Assembly (NCBI RefSeq): GCF_044704955.1
Contig: NC_091988.1
Coordinates: 53,940,001 to 54,004,000 of the forward strand
Source: Pristiophorus japonicus
Taxonomy: Eukaryota
Direction: 5' to 3'
Length of the DNA: 64,000 bases
Below, piece by piece: positions 23,010-36,754 of the stretch. The translations under genes and the position numbers were made by a program. Under the pieces are notes generated by a model. That model was not told the DNA's origin. It saw only the letters and a list, made by a program, of their open reading frames with translations, and made no database searches. Position 1 is the first letter of the stretch. Every line of letters begins with the position of its first letter.

Positions 23010-23485
23010 GGTACAGCCGAGATGTTGCCAGGCATGGAGAATCTAAACCATGGGGACAGATTAGATAGGCTGGATTTGTTTTCATTGCAACAGAGGAGGT
23101 TGAGGGGAGACCTCATTGAAGTGTATAAAATTATGAGGGGCCTAGATATAATGGATAGGAAGGGCTTATTTCCCTTAGCAGAGGGGATCAACAACCAGGG
23201 AGTATTCATATAAAGTAATTGGTAGAAGGTTTAGAGGGGACTTGAGGGAAAATTTCTTCATGCAGAGGGTTGTGAGGGTCTGGAACGCACTGCCTGAAAG
23301 GGTGGTAGAGGCAGGAACCCTCACCACATTTTAAAAAGCACTTGGATGTGCACCTGAAGTGCCGTAACCTGCAGGGTTACAGACCTTGAGCTGGAAAGTG
23401 GGATTAGGCTGGATAGCCTCCTGATGGCCGGCACGGACACGATGGGCCGAAATGGCCTCGTTTCATGCTGTAAACTTCTATGATC
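23010..23485 (+). mobile_element. CR1 LINE 3' fragment
   Basis: LFSLQQRRLRGDLIEVYKIM; closely similar to the 1183-1654 copy. Confidence 0.9.
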
Positions 23486-24397
23486 TCCTGCCAGCCAATT
23501 ACCCGCCTGTTAACGTACAGCTTTGGGGGAGATTGTCGGTCACAGTCAGGGAATGGTATACAATGCAGGGGTAAGGCAAGCCGAGGGTGCACAATATTTG
23601 CCTTTGAATATATTAGAAATAAATGAAAGCTTCCCAATTTAATTCCCCAAAGACTGCGATGTGGCAAAATCCCTAAATGGACTTTCTTAATCTAGGATTA
23701 ACATACTGTACTTCAATCTTTGCTTGAAATGTAAAATGTAATTCTAATCAATGCACGCAGCATTATAAGCAAATCCATGCTCGGTTTCTGTTGAGCAACA
23801 TATTTAGTATATGCACTGTATCATGTTTCTTTAACGTTTCCCTGGGGGCCTCTATGAAAACACACTTCAAAAAATTTGAGAGGTTTACCCGCATGAAACC
23901 TTGTTAAGAAATATATATTGAGCATTTCTGAAGCCTCAGGAATGCAAGAACTGCACTGAGCTTAAAAATAAATATCTATTTTTATATTTTGGTTTTTTTT
24001 TGGTCATTTATTATGTGAGGGAAACAGCTACTTAAAACTCTACAAAAAAACCATCTGAATGTTTATGATGAGTGTTCTACGCTCAAGATAACGTACAGGC
24101 AAGAATTAAACACTAAATATTCGATGACAGTCTTAAAATTAAATATAGGCTGCCGAGAAAAATCTGCATACGCATGGGAGTTCAGGAAGTGATGGATAAA
24201 TGGTGGAATATTTTAAATATAACTTTGAAGAAGTTCAAACAAAGGGCTGATGAATTCCCTTGAATCGTGGTGATGCGATCTGAAGGTTTGACAGTATTCA
24301 TTGGATATAGTCAAGGAGAAATGCATTGCCCAATTATGGTGGACACTTTCTCAATGACCTGCAATGTTTTTGTGCTTCAATGTTGGAGTGGAAATTG

Positions 24398-24757
24398 GCG
24401 CACCGTGGCTGCAATGTGTACCATCTCGCCACAGCTTCAGCAGCACCTCCCAAACCCGCGACCTCTACCACCTAGAAGGACAAGGGCAGCAGGCGCATGG
24501 GAGCACTATCACCTGCAGGTTCCCCTCCAAGTTACACACCATCCTGACTTGGACATGTATCGCCATTCCTTTATCGTCGCCGGGTCAAAATCCTGGAACT
24601 CCCTCCTTATCAGCACTGTGGGAGTACCTCCACCACATGGACTGTAGCGGTTCAAGAAGGCGGCTCATCACCACCTTCTCAAGGGCAATTAGAGATGGGC
24701 AATAAATGCTGGTCCTTCCAGCGACGTCCACATCCCAGAACAAATAAAAAAATAAAC
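24398..24757 (+). mobile_element. LINE family B (CR1/L2 group) 3' end
   Basis: RTVAAMCTI..QHLPNPRPLPPRRTR..SFIVAGSKSWNSL; A-rich end; similar to 38913-39363. Confidence 0.82.
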
Positions 24758-25407
24758 ATGGTCTTCCTGCAATCGGTCGCATTTGTAAATATTGGGCCCA
24801 ATTGTCCATGAATGCACTCTGCCGCTTTAGTTATGATGGACCGGGAATCGCGATGTGCCGACGCACAGAGTGCCTGTCCCTGGTGGAGTTCCTGGGGTCA
24901 GGGTGGGGTCATTTTAAAGAAATCAGGTGACTTTGCACATTGCTGCATCTTGGGATCCGCTAAGGGGTGGCGGGAAAGGAAGAGCAAAATGCAACACTGA
25001 AAAACCGTATGAAGGTGAAGTCAGCAAGTTCTGCAAATAATTGGAGATTGTGCAATCATTCCACACCCCCTCACCTTGATCAGAGGGCCAATGTTAAGTG
25101 TACGAGTCCATCATCCTGGCCTTGAACACACTACTTCTGCTACTCTACTGTAATGGATGCCAGTATCTTGCTGATGCCCAGTATGATTGAGAGTCAGGTG
25201 GAAATCTTTAAATAAAGAACCAAATATTGCTGTTGCTGGAAATGTTAAATAAATACTGAGACTGTTATTAAATACTGCTGAAAATCTGATGGAGAGTGGC
25301 AACAGGGGAGGTCAAATAAACAGGCAAGTGTGCTCGGAGATTCACAGAAATTTGCTTTTTCTGTTATCAGCAATGTAAAAGTGCCTATAGTGAAGGGTAC
25401 AGCTAAG

Positions 25408-25806
25408 TACCCTCGCCTCAGAAGGTTATGGGTTCATGACCCACTCCAGGGACTCAGCACAAAAATCTAGGCTGACACTCCAGTGCTGAGGGAGTGCTGC
25501 ATTGTCAAACGTGCCGTCTTTCGGACGAGACCTTAAACCGAGGCCCCATCTGCCTCCCAGATGGACGTAAAAGATCCCATGGCACTATACCGAAGAAGAG
25601 CAGGGGAGGTATCCCTGGTGACCTGGTCAATGTTTATTCCTCAATCAACATCACAAAAACAGATTATCTGGTCATTATCACATTGCTGTTTGTGGGAGCT
25701 TGCTGTGCGCAGATTGCCTGCCTTGTTTCCTACATTACAACAGTGACTACACTCCAAAAGTACTTCATTGGCTGTAAAGCACTTTCGGGCGTTATAGAAA
25801 TGCTTT
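25408..25806 (+). mobile_element. SINE family A
   Basis: Matches the 9016 and 27184 copies. Confidence 0.88.
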
Positions 25807-27183
25807 TTACTACTCTGGGACTAGAGGGAAGGAGCAGGGGGTGATGCAAACCTTGTGTATCATCCCACAGCCTCACCACAGCCTCTCATAAAAGTTATCA
25901 GAGTTCAGTGAGAGCTGCCATGATCGGAAATGAGACTCTGCTCCACTGATTTCCCTCACTGATCTCTACTGCTGTTTCTATTCAGCTTGGATTAGTCCGA
26001 GGGAGTCTTGCTACGTTTAATCGCCCTCGGTTTAATGACTGGGGTTAATGTCTACCTCCTGATCGCAAGCAGTGTTATTTGAGAAGGTTCATGTGACTGC
26101 TTTAATTCTCACCAGGGCCTGGCCCTGGCCCAGGCCCAGGCAGACGGGGGGAGGGGGGGAGAAGAATGACCTCCCCCAAGGCTAATGCTGCCCATTGAAA
26201 ACCCTAGAAGTGGAAAATCCATTCTGTAGCTCCTCTGAAGTGAGTAATTATTCCCTTGCACATTTTCCGAATCCTGGCTGTTCTAAGATTGAGACTGCTG
26301 CACGTTGCTAACATGGATGCCGGTGTGACATTGATGCACTGTCGCCCAGGTACCACATGATTACCAAGAGGAAATCGAGAGGGGCACTGGCTGGCATTTT
26401 TACACTGTGCCAGCACCAGACAGACTCCCATTGACCTGCTAGGCCAAGCACAGTGCTCGAGTGCAGTATTTAATCAAAGCCTACCATCTGAACCATGTTT
26501 TGTCGCTAGGTACGTGGAGGCATCGCCAGTTTCTAAAGGATTAACAACTAACCTGTCGCAGCGACTGAATTATTTCATACACTCGGTATTTTCACAGAGC
26601 GTGGCTGTGCACATAATGACAGCTTTTTTGAAGGGATAAATGGCATTTTCATCAATAATCCCCAGAATATCCTTTTTCATATCCAGAGACTGTGGACCCC
26701 AGGGGAATGAAGCCTTAATCTGAGCCCTGTGGAAAATGAAAGGGGATCCTCTTGCGTTTTAGTGCAGTTTACACATTCCGGATATCCTGCCCTGGCCCTC
26801 TGACCAGTGATACAGCTGTGCTTCACAGCCAGAGTACACGAAGTGTGTCTGTTAATCGATTGATCCATTTTGGATTGCTGTGATTGACAGGGTAGTTAAG
26901 CTCTCTAATGTATCCTGGTAGTCACTAAATTTCTATCACACACAGCTGAGTCCCTTTTCTGAAGGGCACATTTTTTTATTAATCGTTTGGATCCTGGTAT
27001 TTTACTCATTGGGTGTTTATACATCTATGGCTCAAGTGCAACTTCTTTCTTTCTATCTTAGAGGCAACTGAGAGAGTTCTTTAGCCTAATATATTAATGT
27101 TCTACCAGTTCAACTTTAACTGGAGGAAATTAATCTGAAATGGACCTCTAACACTGTGAAGGAGTTTGTCAGAGAAAGATTAA

Positions 27184-27648
27184 GTGTCAGCTGTGGCTCA
27201 ATGAGTAGCACACTTGCCTCTGAGTCAGAAGATTATGGGTTCAAGTCCCACTCCAGGAACTTGAGCACATGAAAAAAAAATCTAGGCTGACACTACCATG
27301 CAGTGCTGAGGGAGTGCTGCACTGTCGGAGGTGCCGCCTTTCAGATGGGACATTAAGTCGAGGCCCCGTCTACCCCCTCCAGTGGATGTAAAAGATCAGG
27401 TGGCACTATTTCGCAGAAAAAGGAATTGGCCGGTGTCCTGGCCAATATTTAGCCCTCAATCAACATAACAAAAACAGATTATCTGGTCATTATCACATTG
27501 CTGTTTGTGGGAGCTTGCTGTGCACAAGTTGGCTGCCACGTTTCCTATACTCCACTGAATACATTCCAAAAGTACTTCATTGGCTGTGAAGCGCTTTGAG
27601 ACATCTGGTTGTCATGAAAAATGCTATATAAATGCAAGTCTTTCTTTA
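27184..27648 (+). mobile_element. SINE family A, full length
   Basis: GTGTCAGCTGTGGCTCA head to ATAAATGCAAGTCTTTCTTT tail. Confidence 0.92.
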
Positions 27649-28654
27649 TAACCTGGGGTTCCTATCTAGAAGGAATCAGATGAAACTGGATTGGAGATGG
27701 GAGATTCATCATCACACACACATATATCTGCATAGTTAGAGTTTCTTGGTACACAGGATGAATCGGATTTTATCTTCTTACTAAATTCAATGTTAATTCT
27801 TCCAGAAAATGTTTACTCTCAGCTTGCACTTCGGTTAAGCTATGTGGGGCTTCAGGTAGCTGTCTATCGAAAAGTTTCCCACTGCGCGCCAGCATTGGAG
27901 ATTGCTGGAGTGTTGATTCTGATTGTTGTACATGTGCTGTGTGTACTGATGCTGGCTGCTGGTAATGGGATTGATTTGTACAAGTTCTCTCAGAAGGTAT
28001 CCATGTCTGTACCAACTGGATCTGTACTCTCCAACGGGTTGGCTGTTGACTTCTTTTGTACAGGCTCTCGGTTTCGCCTTGTTCTGAATCTGTTGCTATT
28101 TGTTTTCTTGGACTTTCATCTAATTCACAGCCAGTAAATCCAGAGGCATCAGTCCTGAGAGCCATGATAAAAACTCCCACACACATATGCAGATGTACTC
28201 TCGTACAGACTTCTATCCCAAGGTATAAGTGCAGTCTTGCAATGAGATACGATTGTGCTTTGCTTGTATTTGGTGTATTGTTTTTGTGTATTTTGCATCT
28301 GTAGCCTTTAATTAGTAAAATTTACATGTAGCACACACACATGTACAGATTTGTCAAAACTATATGAATGCAGTCCGTTTCCAAGAACATTCAGCATTCC
28401 TGATCAATTGATTCAATGTTAATAGTGTCCCAGTCCAGCTTCCTTACTTCCAAGAACAGTAAGGTCAGGGCAGTCCCACGTTTCTGCCAAAACCCAATCA
28501 AGAAAAAATACCTCCCCCTTGCCTGACATTAACAAACTGGCTCCAAAGCTTTGGGTTGAAGGCGAGCTGCTGTGTTACTGGTTCTGAAATTGGAGAAGCT
28601 AAAAGGTGCCTGCAGTCTCTGGCCACACAGCTTGAAATAACAGTGGGTGTGTAC

Positions 28655-29160
28655 AATCGCTCCTTTGGCTGCCTAGGCCCTAGGCTCTGGAATTCCCTCC
28701 CTAAACCTCTCTACTTCTCTCCTCCTTTATGACACTCCTTAAAACCTACCTCCTTGCCCTGATCTCATCCTTGTTTACAAATCCCTCCGTGGCCTTGCCC
28801 CTCCCTAATATCTGTAATCTTTTTCAGCCTCACAACTCCACAAGATGTCTGTGTTCCTCAAATTCTGCCCGCCTGAACATTCCTCATTATAACTGCTCAA
28901 CCATTGGTGGCTATGCCTTCAGCTGTTTGGGCCCTAAGCTCTGGAACTCCCGCCCTAAAATTTTTCAAACTTCTACCTCTTTCCTCCTTTTTAAGATGCT
29001 CCTTAAAACCTACCTCTTTGACCAAGCTTTTGGTCATCTGCCTTAATATCTTCTTTTGTGGCTCGGTGTCAAGTTTATCTGTTTTGTCTTGTAATACTGC
29101 TGTGAAGCACCTTGGGACATTTTACTATGTTAAAGGTGCTATATAAATACAAGTTGTTGT
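28655..29160 (+). mobile_element. L2 LINE 3' end with a partial duplication
   Basis: AFSCLGPKLWNS..FKMLLKTYLF; tail TATAAATACAAGTTGTTGT; the GGCCC..CTCTGGAA..AAAACCTACCTC segment occurs twice. Confidence 0.85.
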
Positions 29161-29519
29161 GTGAGGGGCATGATGCGGTTGCTGTAAAGTGGGAGAGGGT
29201 GACGTGTAAAACATAAGTATTTTGCCCTTTGCAGCCCTGCATGCAGCAATGCCCATTTTGTGTGCTGTTTGTAAAATAGTCTCAAAAATCCTTTATTTAA
29301 GGATAATGTTGTCCTTTGTAGATTTGCAATGCACTCAATTGGGTATGCCTGTGTCTTGCGCACAAGCAAATTCAGTTTATTTCCCCTCCAGTTGCTCTCC
29401 ATTCTCTCTGAAGATATTGATTCATTCTGGGGTGTGTTTCTGCTGCTGATTCAAGGAGACGTTCTTTATTTGTGAACCCAGACATTGAGTATCGCGAGGC
29501 GATTTCAATATGTGTCAGT

Positions 29520-29750
29520 CGATACTGATCCTGTCCTCACCCAATGCCCGTGTGCCTACACTTTCCTGCAGGGAACACTGGGTAGCAGTCGAGGGTGGGA
29601 ACCCTGGCGGTTCTTTTATTTCCCTTCCCTAGCCCAAGGTTGCCGAGACCAGTTGTCTAGCTCTGTGTGGCTCTGGCTGTGATCTTCTAACTGAGGTCAA
29701 GGATTAAAGCGGAGATCCTCCTGGTCTGTATGGTTTAATACACAATATTC
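29520..29750 (-). mobile_element. Old SINE-like repeat (family C)
   Basis: GATCCTGTCCTCACC..GGAACCCTGGC is similar to the reverse complement of 58750-58850. Confidence 0.5.
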
Positions 29751-31043
29751 AGAACAGTTACCCTCTGTTCAAGGGAATTGCTTTTTCCCTGACGACACTA
29801 TAATCTTCATGTGGAAGGGGTACAGAGAGTTTGGAACTTCCCACCATTTGAACTTGGTCACTGCAGCTGGGCATGTCAACAGGCGGTAGCAGAGAGGGGA
29901 GGACCGCAACCTGACTCGACATGTGTCTGGGGGAAGAACCTGATTAGAACCATCTCTCTCATACTGTGTCTCCGAACACCCAGTCTCAACGTGATGGTAA
30001 TGATTGTCTGGAGAATCTCCTGCTCGGTCTGCCTGAATGGAGGATGTGCGATTGATGGTGAAGGATGTATAAAGAGAGCAAAACATTTCCAAAGCTTCTC
30101 CCAATCTGTTCAGATGACGACGTGACCAATAGTAAGCGATCTCTGAGGAGAAGGCAACATTAAAGTGGTGAAGACCAGTCAATCTTTCCAAAATGAGCAT
30201 TTCAAGGTGGAACAAACCTGCATTACAGCAACATGAGGGCAGATCGTCCAAAGTGTCCCTTAAGTTTAACTCGCACAATTGATTCAATGATGGAATTATG
30301 TTTTAGGAACAGTTCACGATGTTCCATAGTGCTTGAGGTTGTGTAGAGTAAACAGAAACTGGAACGTTAATCCTGCCAAAGATTTCTGTATGAGAAGGTC
30401 TATTGATACGTTCCTTTCTACAGTTCATACACAGTAAGACTTTTGGCCTACAGTCCTTCCTATAGAATGGATTGATGCACAATGTGGTACGGGCCTGTAG
30501 CCACTGATCCTCATAAGGTTCATTCATACTTTCTTTACTCAGTCTTTTCTCCACCTGTTTTCTCCCGAAGCTCTCGATTTATTTTTTGTGGGTTTATGTT
30601 TCCTTGGATGCCAGTTGTCTTCTGGTGCCTTGCCCAAGTTACCACAATTTATGTGGGAGCCTCCGCAGTGAGTTGTTTGGGCCTGGCTGGCTGCACATTG
30701 TGGTCAATCGCCCACTTTACAGCAAGAGTCGCTGGATAGCAATTGGAATGAGGAACCTTGGCTGTTTGGTATTGTTATCCCCTGCCCTCACTCATTGGGC
30801 GCTGAGGCCAGTTCTAGCATCCTGCTGCTGCCCTGGCTGGGATCAGCTGCTCAGCACAGACTGGGGTTAGATAAACAAAGAATGATTGGTTGTAGTTGTG
30901 TAATGTGTGGCTCGTCGAGTCTGGAGGCCATTGTCTGACTACAGATCGATTGGCGCAGATCAAGGTCCCTCTCTTGCAGTCAGCAGTCGTATAATAGCAT
31001 TTACTTTAGACTTCTTGTACTGTGAAGTGTTCTGTAAATGGTG

Positions 31044-31370
31044 GGCGTGAGTTCGGTGCCCAGGGGCAGCACGGGCCAGCCCACACTGCGATATGTGTGC
31101 GCACTAGGTCTGTACAGCAGATCTGGTCTCCAGTTGTCTTGGTTATTCCTTGCAACTGGACCAAGACCTAGCTCTGTCAAGCCCATGTGGTAGCTGGTGT
31201 GCAACGGCCACCACACGTTAAAACAATCCACAAACAGGCATCTTCCACCCTTCAATATGTAGTTCGGGATCTGGAATATTGGGTCCTTCATTTAAACACC
31301 TGTGAACTCATCTCTTTTTGGCATGGACGCAAGTCATCCTCGATATGAGGGACTGCCTATGATGATGATG
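31044..31370 (+). mobile_element. Non-coding RTE-like retroposon, 5'-truncated
   Basis: Matches 4356-4610; GGGACTGCCT followed by an (ATG)n tail. Confidence 0.8.
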
Positions 31371-31660
31371 ACTGGGGTTAGAACCTGGGATCCTCATGGT
31401 CAGTTTCGCTCAGCTGCTTACTGGATAAACTCACTGAGCCATGAGACAATCCAGGAGATCATTTACATGGGGCATAAAATGCAGGCCTACAATCGTTTCC
31501 TTGTAAGATTTATACATCATTTAGTTCAGGCCTGATGAAGGTCCACTTTTGTTGAGATGTTCCTGCTCCTTTTTCTTCTTTCTTGTTCTGAAGGACACCA
31601 TTCCTTTATGCATTCACACATCCATCTTTCATTTTTGTTATCACCCACTGGCCTTTACAT

Positions 31661-32472
31661 TAGGGGTTGCCAACTTTGGTTGGAGGCATTCCTGGAGGTT
31701 TGATCACATGACATTCTGACCCATGACCTCTGACCATGTGATACCTTATCACATGTTAGCTGATCACATGACATCTACAAATGTTAATTGCATTTACCAT
31801 ATAACGGTTGGGGGCCCTGCAATTGACTCTTTTTGCTTGTGTTTTTGGGCCCTACCTTTTGAAATGATGTGTTAGTCTCCTCCTCAATAGCCACATGGCG
31901 TGAAGCATCCCATGGTCTAATCACCCTTAATTTAACATCCTTCCCCCCGTGGCTCTTCCAGAATCCTTGGTTTCCATCCCCTTGTTCCCCATTCAGCCCA
32001 CCAGTGGAAATAATCTTTCACTGTCTCCCCACAGTAAGGTTTCCAGTTCGCGCTCACCCCTGGCTGCTCCTCTCTCAGTGCCACTCCCACTCATCACATT
32101 GCTGCTATTGCTCTGACTCTTCAGGATATGCTGGTCCCTACGCCCCCTCCCAATCCCCAGAACCCTGTCCTTTTCTGTTTCCCCCATTTCCTCAGACTCT
32201 TCTCTCCCCGATTTCCCCATCCTCAATCTCCCTCCCCCACATCTGCCCCCTCCCGACTACACTTCACATGGTCCCATCTCTCTGCCGGTGACAGAAGATC
32301 TTCCAGCAGCCAGGGACATCACAAAGTGGGAGTGGAGGGGGGGTTGCAGAGTTGGCACTGTGTGACGGAAAATTTAAATTGCCGATCTCCCGGGCTGCTG
32401 GAGGCAGCACTCTAGGGAGGAACCCCTGATTCTGGGCAACTCCTGGTCATTCCCAGAGGGTTGGGAATTCTA
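31661..32472. mobile_element. Non-autonomous hAT-like (Blackjack-type TIR) element
   Basis: Left end TAGGGGTTGCCAAC; degenerate right end GTTGGGAATTCTA; 8-bp TSD CTTTACAT/CTGTACAT (7/8 match). Confidence 0.65.
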
Positions 32473-33914
32473 CTGTACATGCATGTCTGACACGTGTGCC
32501 TGGCTTCTCACTGTTGTCAGGTGAATGCAATGGTCTAAAGCTGGAGATACAACACTGGTCTTAAAAAAAAACATTGGATATTTAGTTATTTGGGGGGGGG
32601 GGGGGTTGGGAAGGAAATGGGGCACCTTGAGAGTAGCAATAATTATTCTTTCCTTGTAGAACGATTGGGGGAGGTGATTGAGCAGTCAATGGAGGTGCAT
32701 ACGTGGACAGGACTGGAGGGTTAGGATTTTGCTTGGCAGGTACCTGAATTCTCATTGGGCACTAAGGGATGATGGGGAAGAACCTGAATGGTTGTCCCTT
32801 TGTGTCAATATCCATAGACCAATTGTCAGCAAATGAAAAAGAGGAAATTGTCACATCAACGTCCAATGGACCTCCACTGAAAAGCATTGAGCTTGATAAT
32901 GGGGTAGCAGAATAAACATGACTTTATGCAGACTGCACTATGTGAAATAGCAGTCGTCTCTGCCAACCCGCCCCCAGGGCTTTAGCAGAATCTCCCGTTA
33001 ACGCCCCCTCTACTTCATTGGCACAGCTCCAGAGCCTCCCAGTAGGTTTTTCTTTCTTTTTATATTGTGAGCTGCAGGAGGAAAATTCCCACGTGTTAAT
33101 ACTTGCCTTATTCACCGTGACAGGTATTGCATTAAATCATAGAACAGATTGTAAATCGCCACGTGTGGATATGTTCGGGGCTTTCAACTTTCCACTCTGC
33201 CTTTTTAGTATGATCAATTCCAACACAGAAGGTAGGATATTCCGTATTATTAATTGTATTTTGTCGTATAGAATTGAGGTTTGTGCTAGATCAGTCTGGG
33301 ATCGAGATATTACCATCGGGGACAGTGTTGAATTGCTTTCCAATCCAACTCCAGTTGTGTCTATAAGCTGCTGCTGTAGCTGGTTTTAATGGATTGGATG
33401 TTGTACAGATGTTGACCGAAACTTGAAGGATCAAAGGCGTGGAAGTGGCGGGGAGACTTTCTGACCATATTGCGATCAGAGCTAAAAGCGCCACCGATCA
33501 AGCTGTTTGTCACAGGGTCTAACAAAACGCATGTTCCCTAAAGCTTGCTAGAGGAATAAAGGTAGCAAAAAGTAAAGAAGCTGCAAGACTAGAGCTTGGC
33601 AATGCATAGCCACACACTGCTACTGCTGCATTATGAATGAGGACAAATTGCATCCATTATCTGGAGAACCAAGTGTCTCTCCTTTAAGATTCAGAGAGAA
33701 GCATTTATCCATCACCAGGAAGTCTGGGGCGCAGTTGGAACAGACTGATTTTTAATGGCGAGTGTGACCCCTGTCCCTGAAACATCTGTGAGAGAGTCGA
33801 TGCTTTTGGGAAAGGGCACAAAAATGAATGGGAAAATTCAAGGATCAAGGTACCATCAGGACCCCATTAATAAATTAAATTGGTTAAAAAGCATTATGGT
33901 TTAACTTAAACATA

Positions 33915-34296
33915 GCTTGCATTTATTTCGCGCCTTTCACGACTACCAATGAAGAACGTTTTGTAATGTAGGAAATGCGGCAGCCAATTTACACCCAGCA
34001 AGTTCCCACAAGCAGCAATGTGATAATGACCAATCTATTTCAGTTATGTTGATTTAGGGATTAATATTGGCACGGGGATAACTCTCCTGCTCTTCTTCGA
34101 AATAGTGCCACGTGATCTTCTATGCCCACCTGAGAGAGCAGACAGGACCTCAGTTTAATGTCTCATCCGAAAGACGGCACCTCCGACAGTGCAGCGCTCC
34201 CTTAGCACTGCACTGTCAGCCTAGATTTTTGTGCTCCAGTCTCTGGAGTGGGACTTGAACCCACAACCTTCTGACTCAGTTGCGAGGGTGCTACCC
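33915..34296 (-). mobile_element. SINE family A
   Basis: Reverse complement of the full copies, cut at the head (GTGCTACCC) by the next element. Confidence 0.88.
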
Positions 34297-35805
34297 GTCA
34301 TCATCATAGGCAGTCCCTCAAAGCGAGGATGACTTGCTTCCATGCCAAAAAGGGATGAGTTCACAGGTGTTTCAATGTTCCAGATCCCGAACTAATATTC
34401 AAGATCCCAAACTGCATCTTGAAGGGTGGAAAATGCCTCTGTGTGGATCTTATTAACGTGTGGTGGTCGTTGCACACCAGCCACCATATAAGAACATAAG
34501 AATTAGGAACAGGAGTAGGCCATCTAGCCCCTTGAGCCTGCTCCGCCATTCAATAAGATCATGGCTGATCTGGTCGTGGACTCAGCTCCACTTACCCGCC
34601 CTCTCCCCGTAACCCTTAATTCCCTTATTGCTTAAAAATCTATCTATCTTTGACTTGAAAACATTCAATGAGCCAGCCTCAACTGCTTCCTTGGGCAGAG
34701 AATTCCACAGATTCACAACCCTCTGGGAGAAGAAATTCTTTCTCAACTCGGTTTTAAATTGGCTCCTCCGTATTTTGAGGCTGTGCCCCCTAGTTCTAGT
34801 CTCCCCCACCAATGGAAACAACCTCTGCCTCTATCTTGTCTATCCCTTTCATGATTTTAAATGTTTCTATAAGATCACCCCTCATCCTTCTGAACTCCAA
34901 GGAGTAAAGACCCAGTCTACTCAATCTATCATCATAAGTTAACCCCCTCATTTCTCGAATCAGCCTAGTGAATCATCTCTGTACCCCTTCCAAAGCTAGT
35001 ATATCCTTCTTTAAGTAAGGTGACCAAAATTGCACGCAGTACTCCAGGTGCGGCCTTACCAATACCTTATACAGTTGCAGCAACACCTCCCTGCTTTTGT
35101 ACTCCATCCCTTTCGCAATGAAGACCAACATTCCATTTGCCTTCCTGATTACCTGCTGCACCTGCAAACTAACCTTTTGGGATTCATGCACAAGGACCCC
35201 CAGGTCCCTCTGCACCACAGCATGTTGTAATTTCTCCCCATTCAAATAATATTCCCTTTTACTGTTTTTTTTTTTTCCCCAAGGTGTATTCCATCTGCCA
35301 AACCTTAGCCCATTCGCTTAACCTATCCAAATCTCCTTGTAGCCTCTGAGTCCTCTACACAACCCACTTTCCCACTAATCTTAGTGTCATCTACAAATTT
35401 TGTTGCACTACACTCTGTCCCCTCCTCTAGGTCATCTATGTATATTGTAAACAGAGGGTTTGACAGAGCTAGGTCTTGGTCCAGTGGCAAGGATTAACCA
35501 AGATCACTGGAGACCAGCTCTGCTGCACGGACCCAGCGCACACATCGCAGTGTGGGCTGGCCCGTGCTGCCCCTAGGCTCTCACCTCTTCTGAGCCCCAA
35601 ACTCACGCATCTCCTGGGCCCCGGTCACTTCCATCTACAAACTCTTGCCGCTCCTTGGTCCCTCCTGCTGTACCTGCCCGCACTACAATCAGCGACCTGA
35701 CTTCAAAGCCGTCGCCCTCCTGCAGCAGCACGCTGCTCCCTCCAATGGGCCTCTTGATTTCCGGGCCCGGCCGCCGGACACTGCTCCCTCTAATGGTCCC
35801 GACCC
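34297..35805 (-). mobile_element. Non-coding RTE-like retroposon split by CR1
   Basis: (TCA)n tail at 34298; body breaks at CCAGCCACCA and resumes at GGGTTTGACAGAGCTAGG near 35455. Confidence 0.8.
34488..35453 (-). mobile_element. CR1 LINE 3' fragment
   Basis: [20 protein letters not shown] and RTRGH motifs; CTTATGTTCTTA tail. Confidence 0.93.
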
Positions 35806-36754
35806 ATATGCCACTGGCTGACACGAATCCTATAAAGTTTCTGAATATTTGGTTTCAAACATTGGACACTAATGGGAACATCTGGGAACTGTTGGGAGTT
35901 GTTTCGAGTTTGTCACTGAGGGGGGCTGGGGGGTTGAACCACAGCTATTAGACCTAGAGGGCTTCATTGATCCTATTGTTTTAACTGTGGAGCTCTGTCA
36001 TGCTCTCTGGCTCAGTTAGCACTCCATGCTGCCTCCCAGCTGATGTCACCAGCACTCCATGGTTAATCCAAAATCTCAACAGAATTGGAGGAAACGGAAA
36101 GGATCCGGATCGAGACTATCCAGGGACGGGCTCATTGACTGGCTGCTGTGCCACAGGCATGTTGCAGATGTTGTATTACTACAGCAATTATACAATGGTC
36201 TATTTTATCTCCAATTTAAAGTTTGGTAGCAGTGCATGCCCTGAGCATCATTGGCAGTTTATAAATGAAAAAAATGATTCTATTTTCTAGTTCTCTTGTG
36301 TATTCCCCACTGAGTGCAAAGCTCCAGTTTTGCCAGAAAGTGATTCTTGGGCCCAGTTTTCACCCTGTCCTTACTTGGCCGTTGAAGGTTTTCTGTGGGC
36401 GGGAGGGGGCGGGGGGGCGGGGGGCGGGGGAACGGTCAAATTTATTGGTTTATTGCCCTGTTAATTAACTTAAATTGGGTGCGTGCCATTTCCTTGCACT
36501 TTGTTTCAGTACTGGGCCTCATCACAGAATATAATTGCCACATGATCTGAAGAAATATGGAATTTAAAAAGCTACTTGCATGTAAATTTTAGCAAGTAAA
36601 TTAGCTCATGGTACCTTGGCATGCAGTTAGTGGCATGTTTCTTTTCTTCACGATGTGTTTAGCGAGCGCTGTCACATTTCCTCATTTCAAACTTTGTTCA
36701 ACTTCCTCTGTCAAACCAATCTGTCTTCGGGTCCCAGCAGGTATAAGTGCTCTC

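Noticed and set aside
32660-32739. AG..GT-bounded exon-like segment (also 39488-39546)
   Set aside because: Weak donor sites and no recognisable protein; expected by chance in 64 kb.
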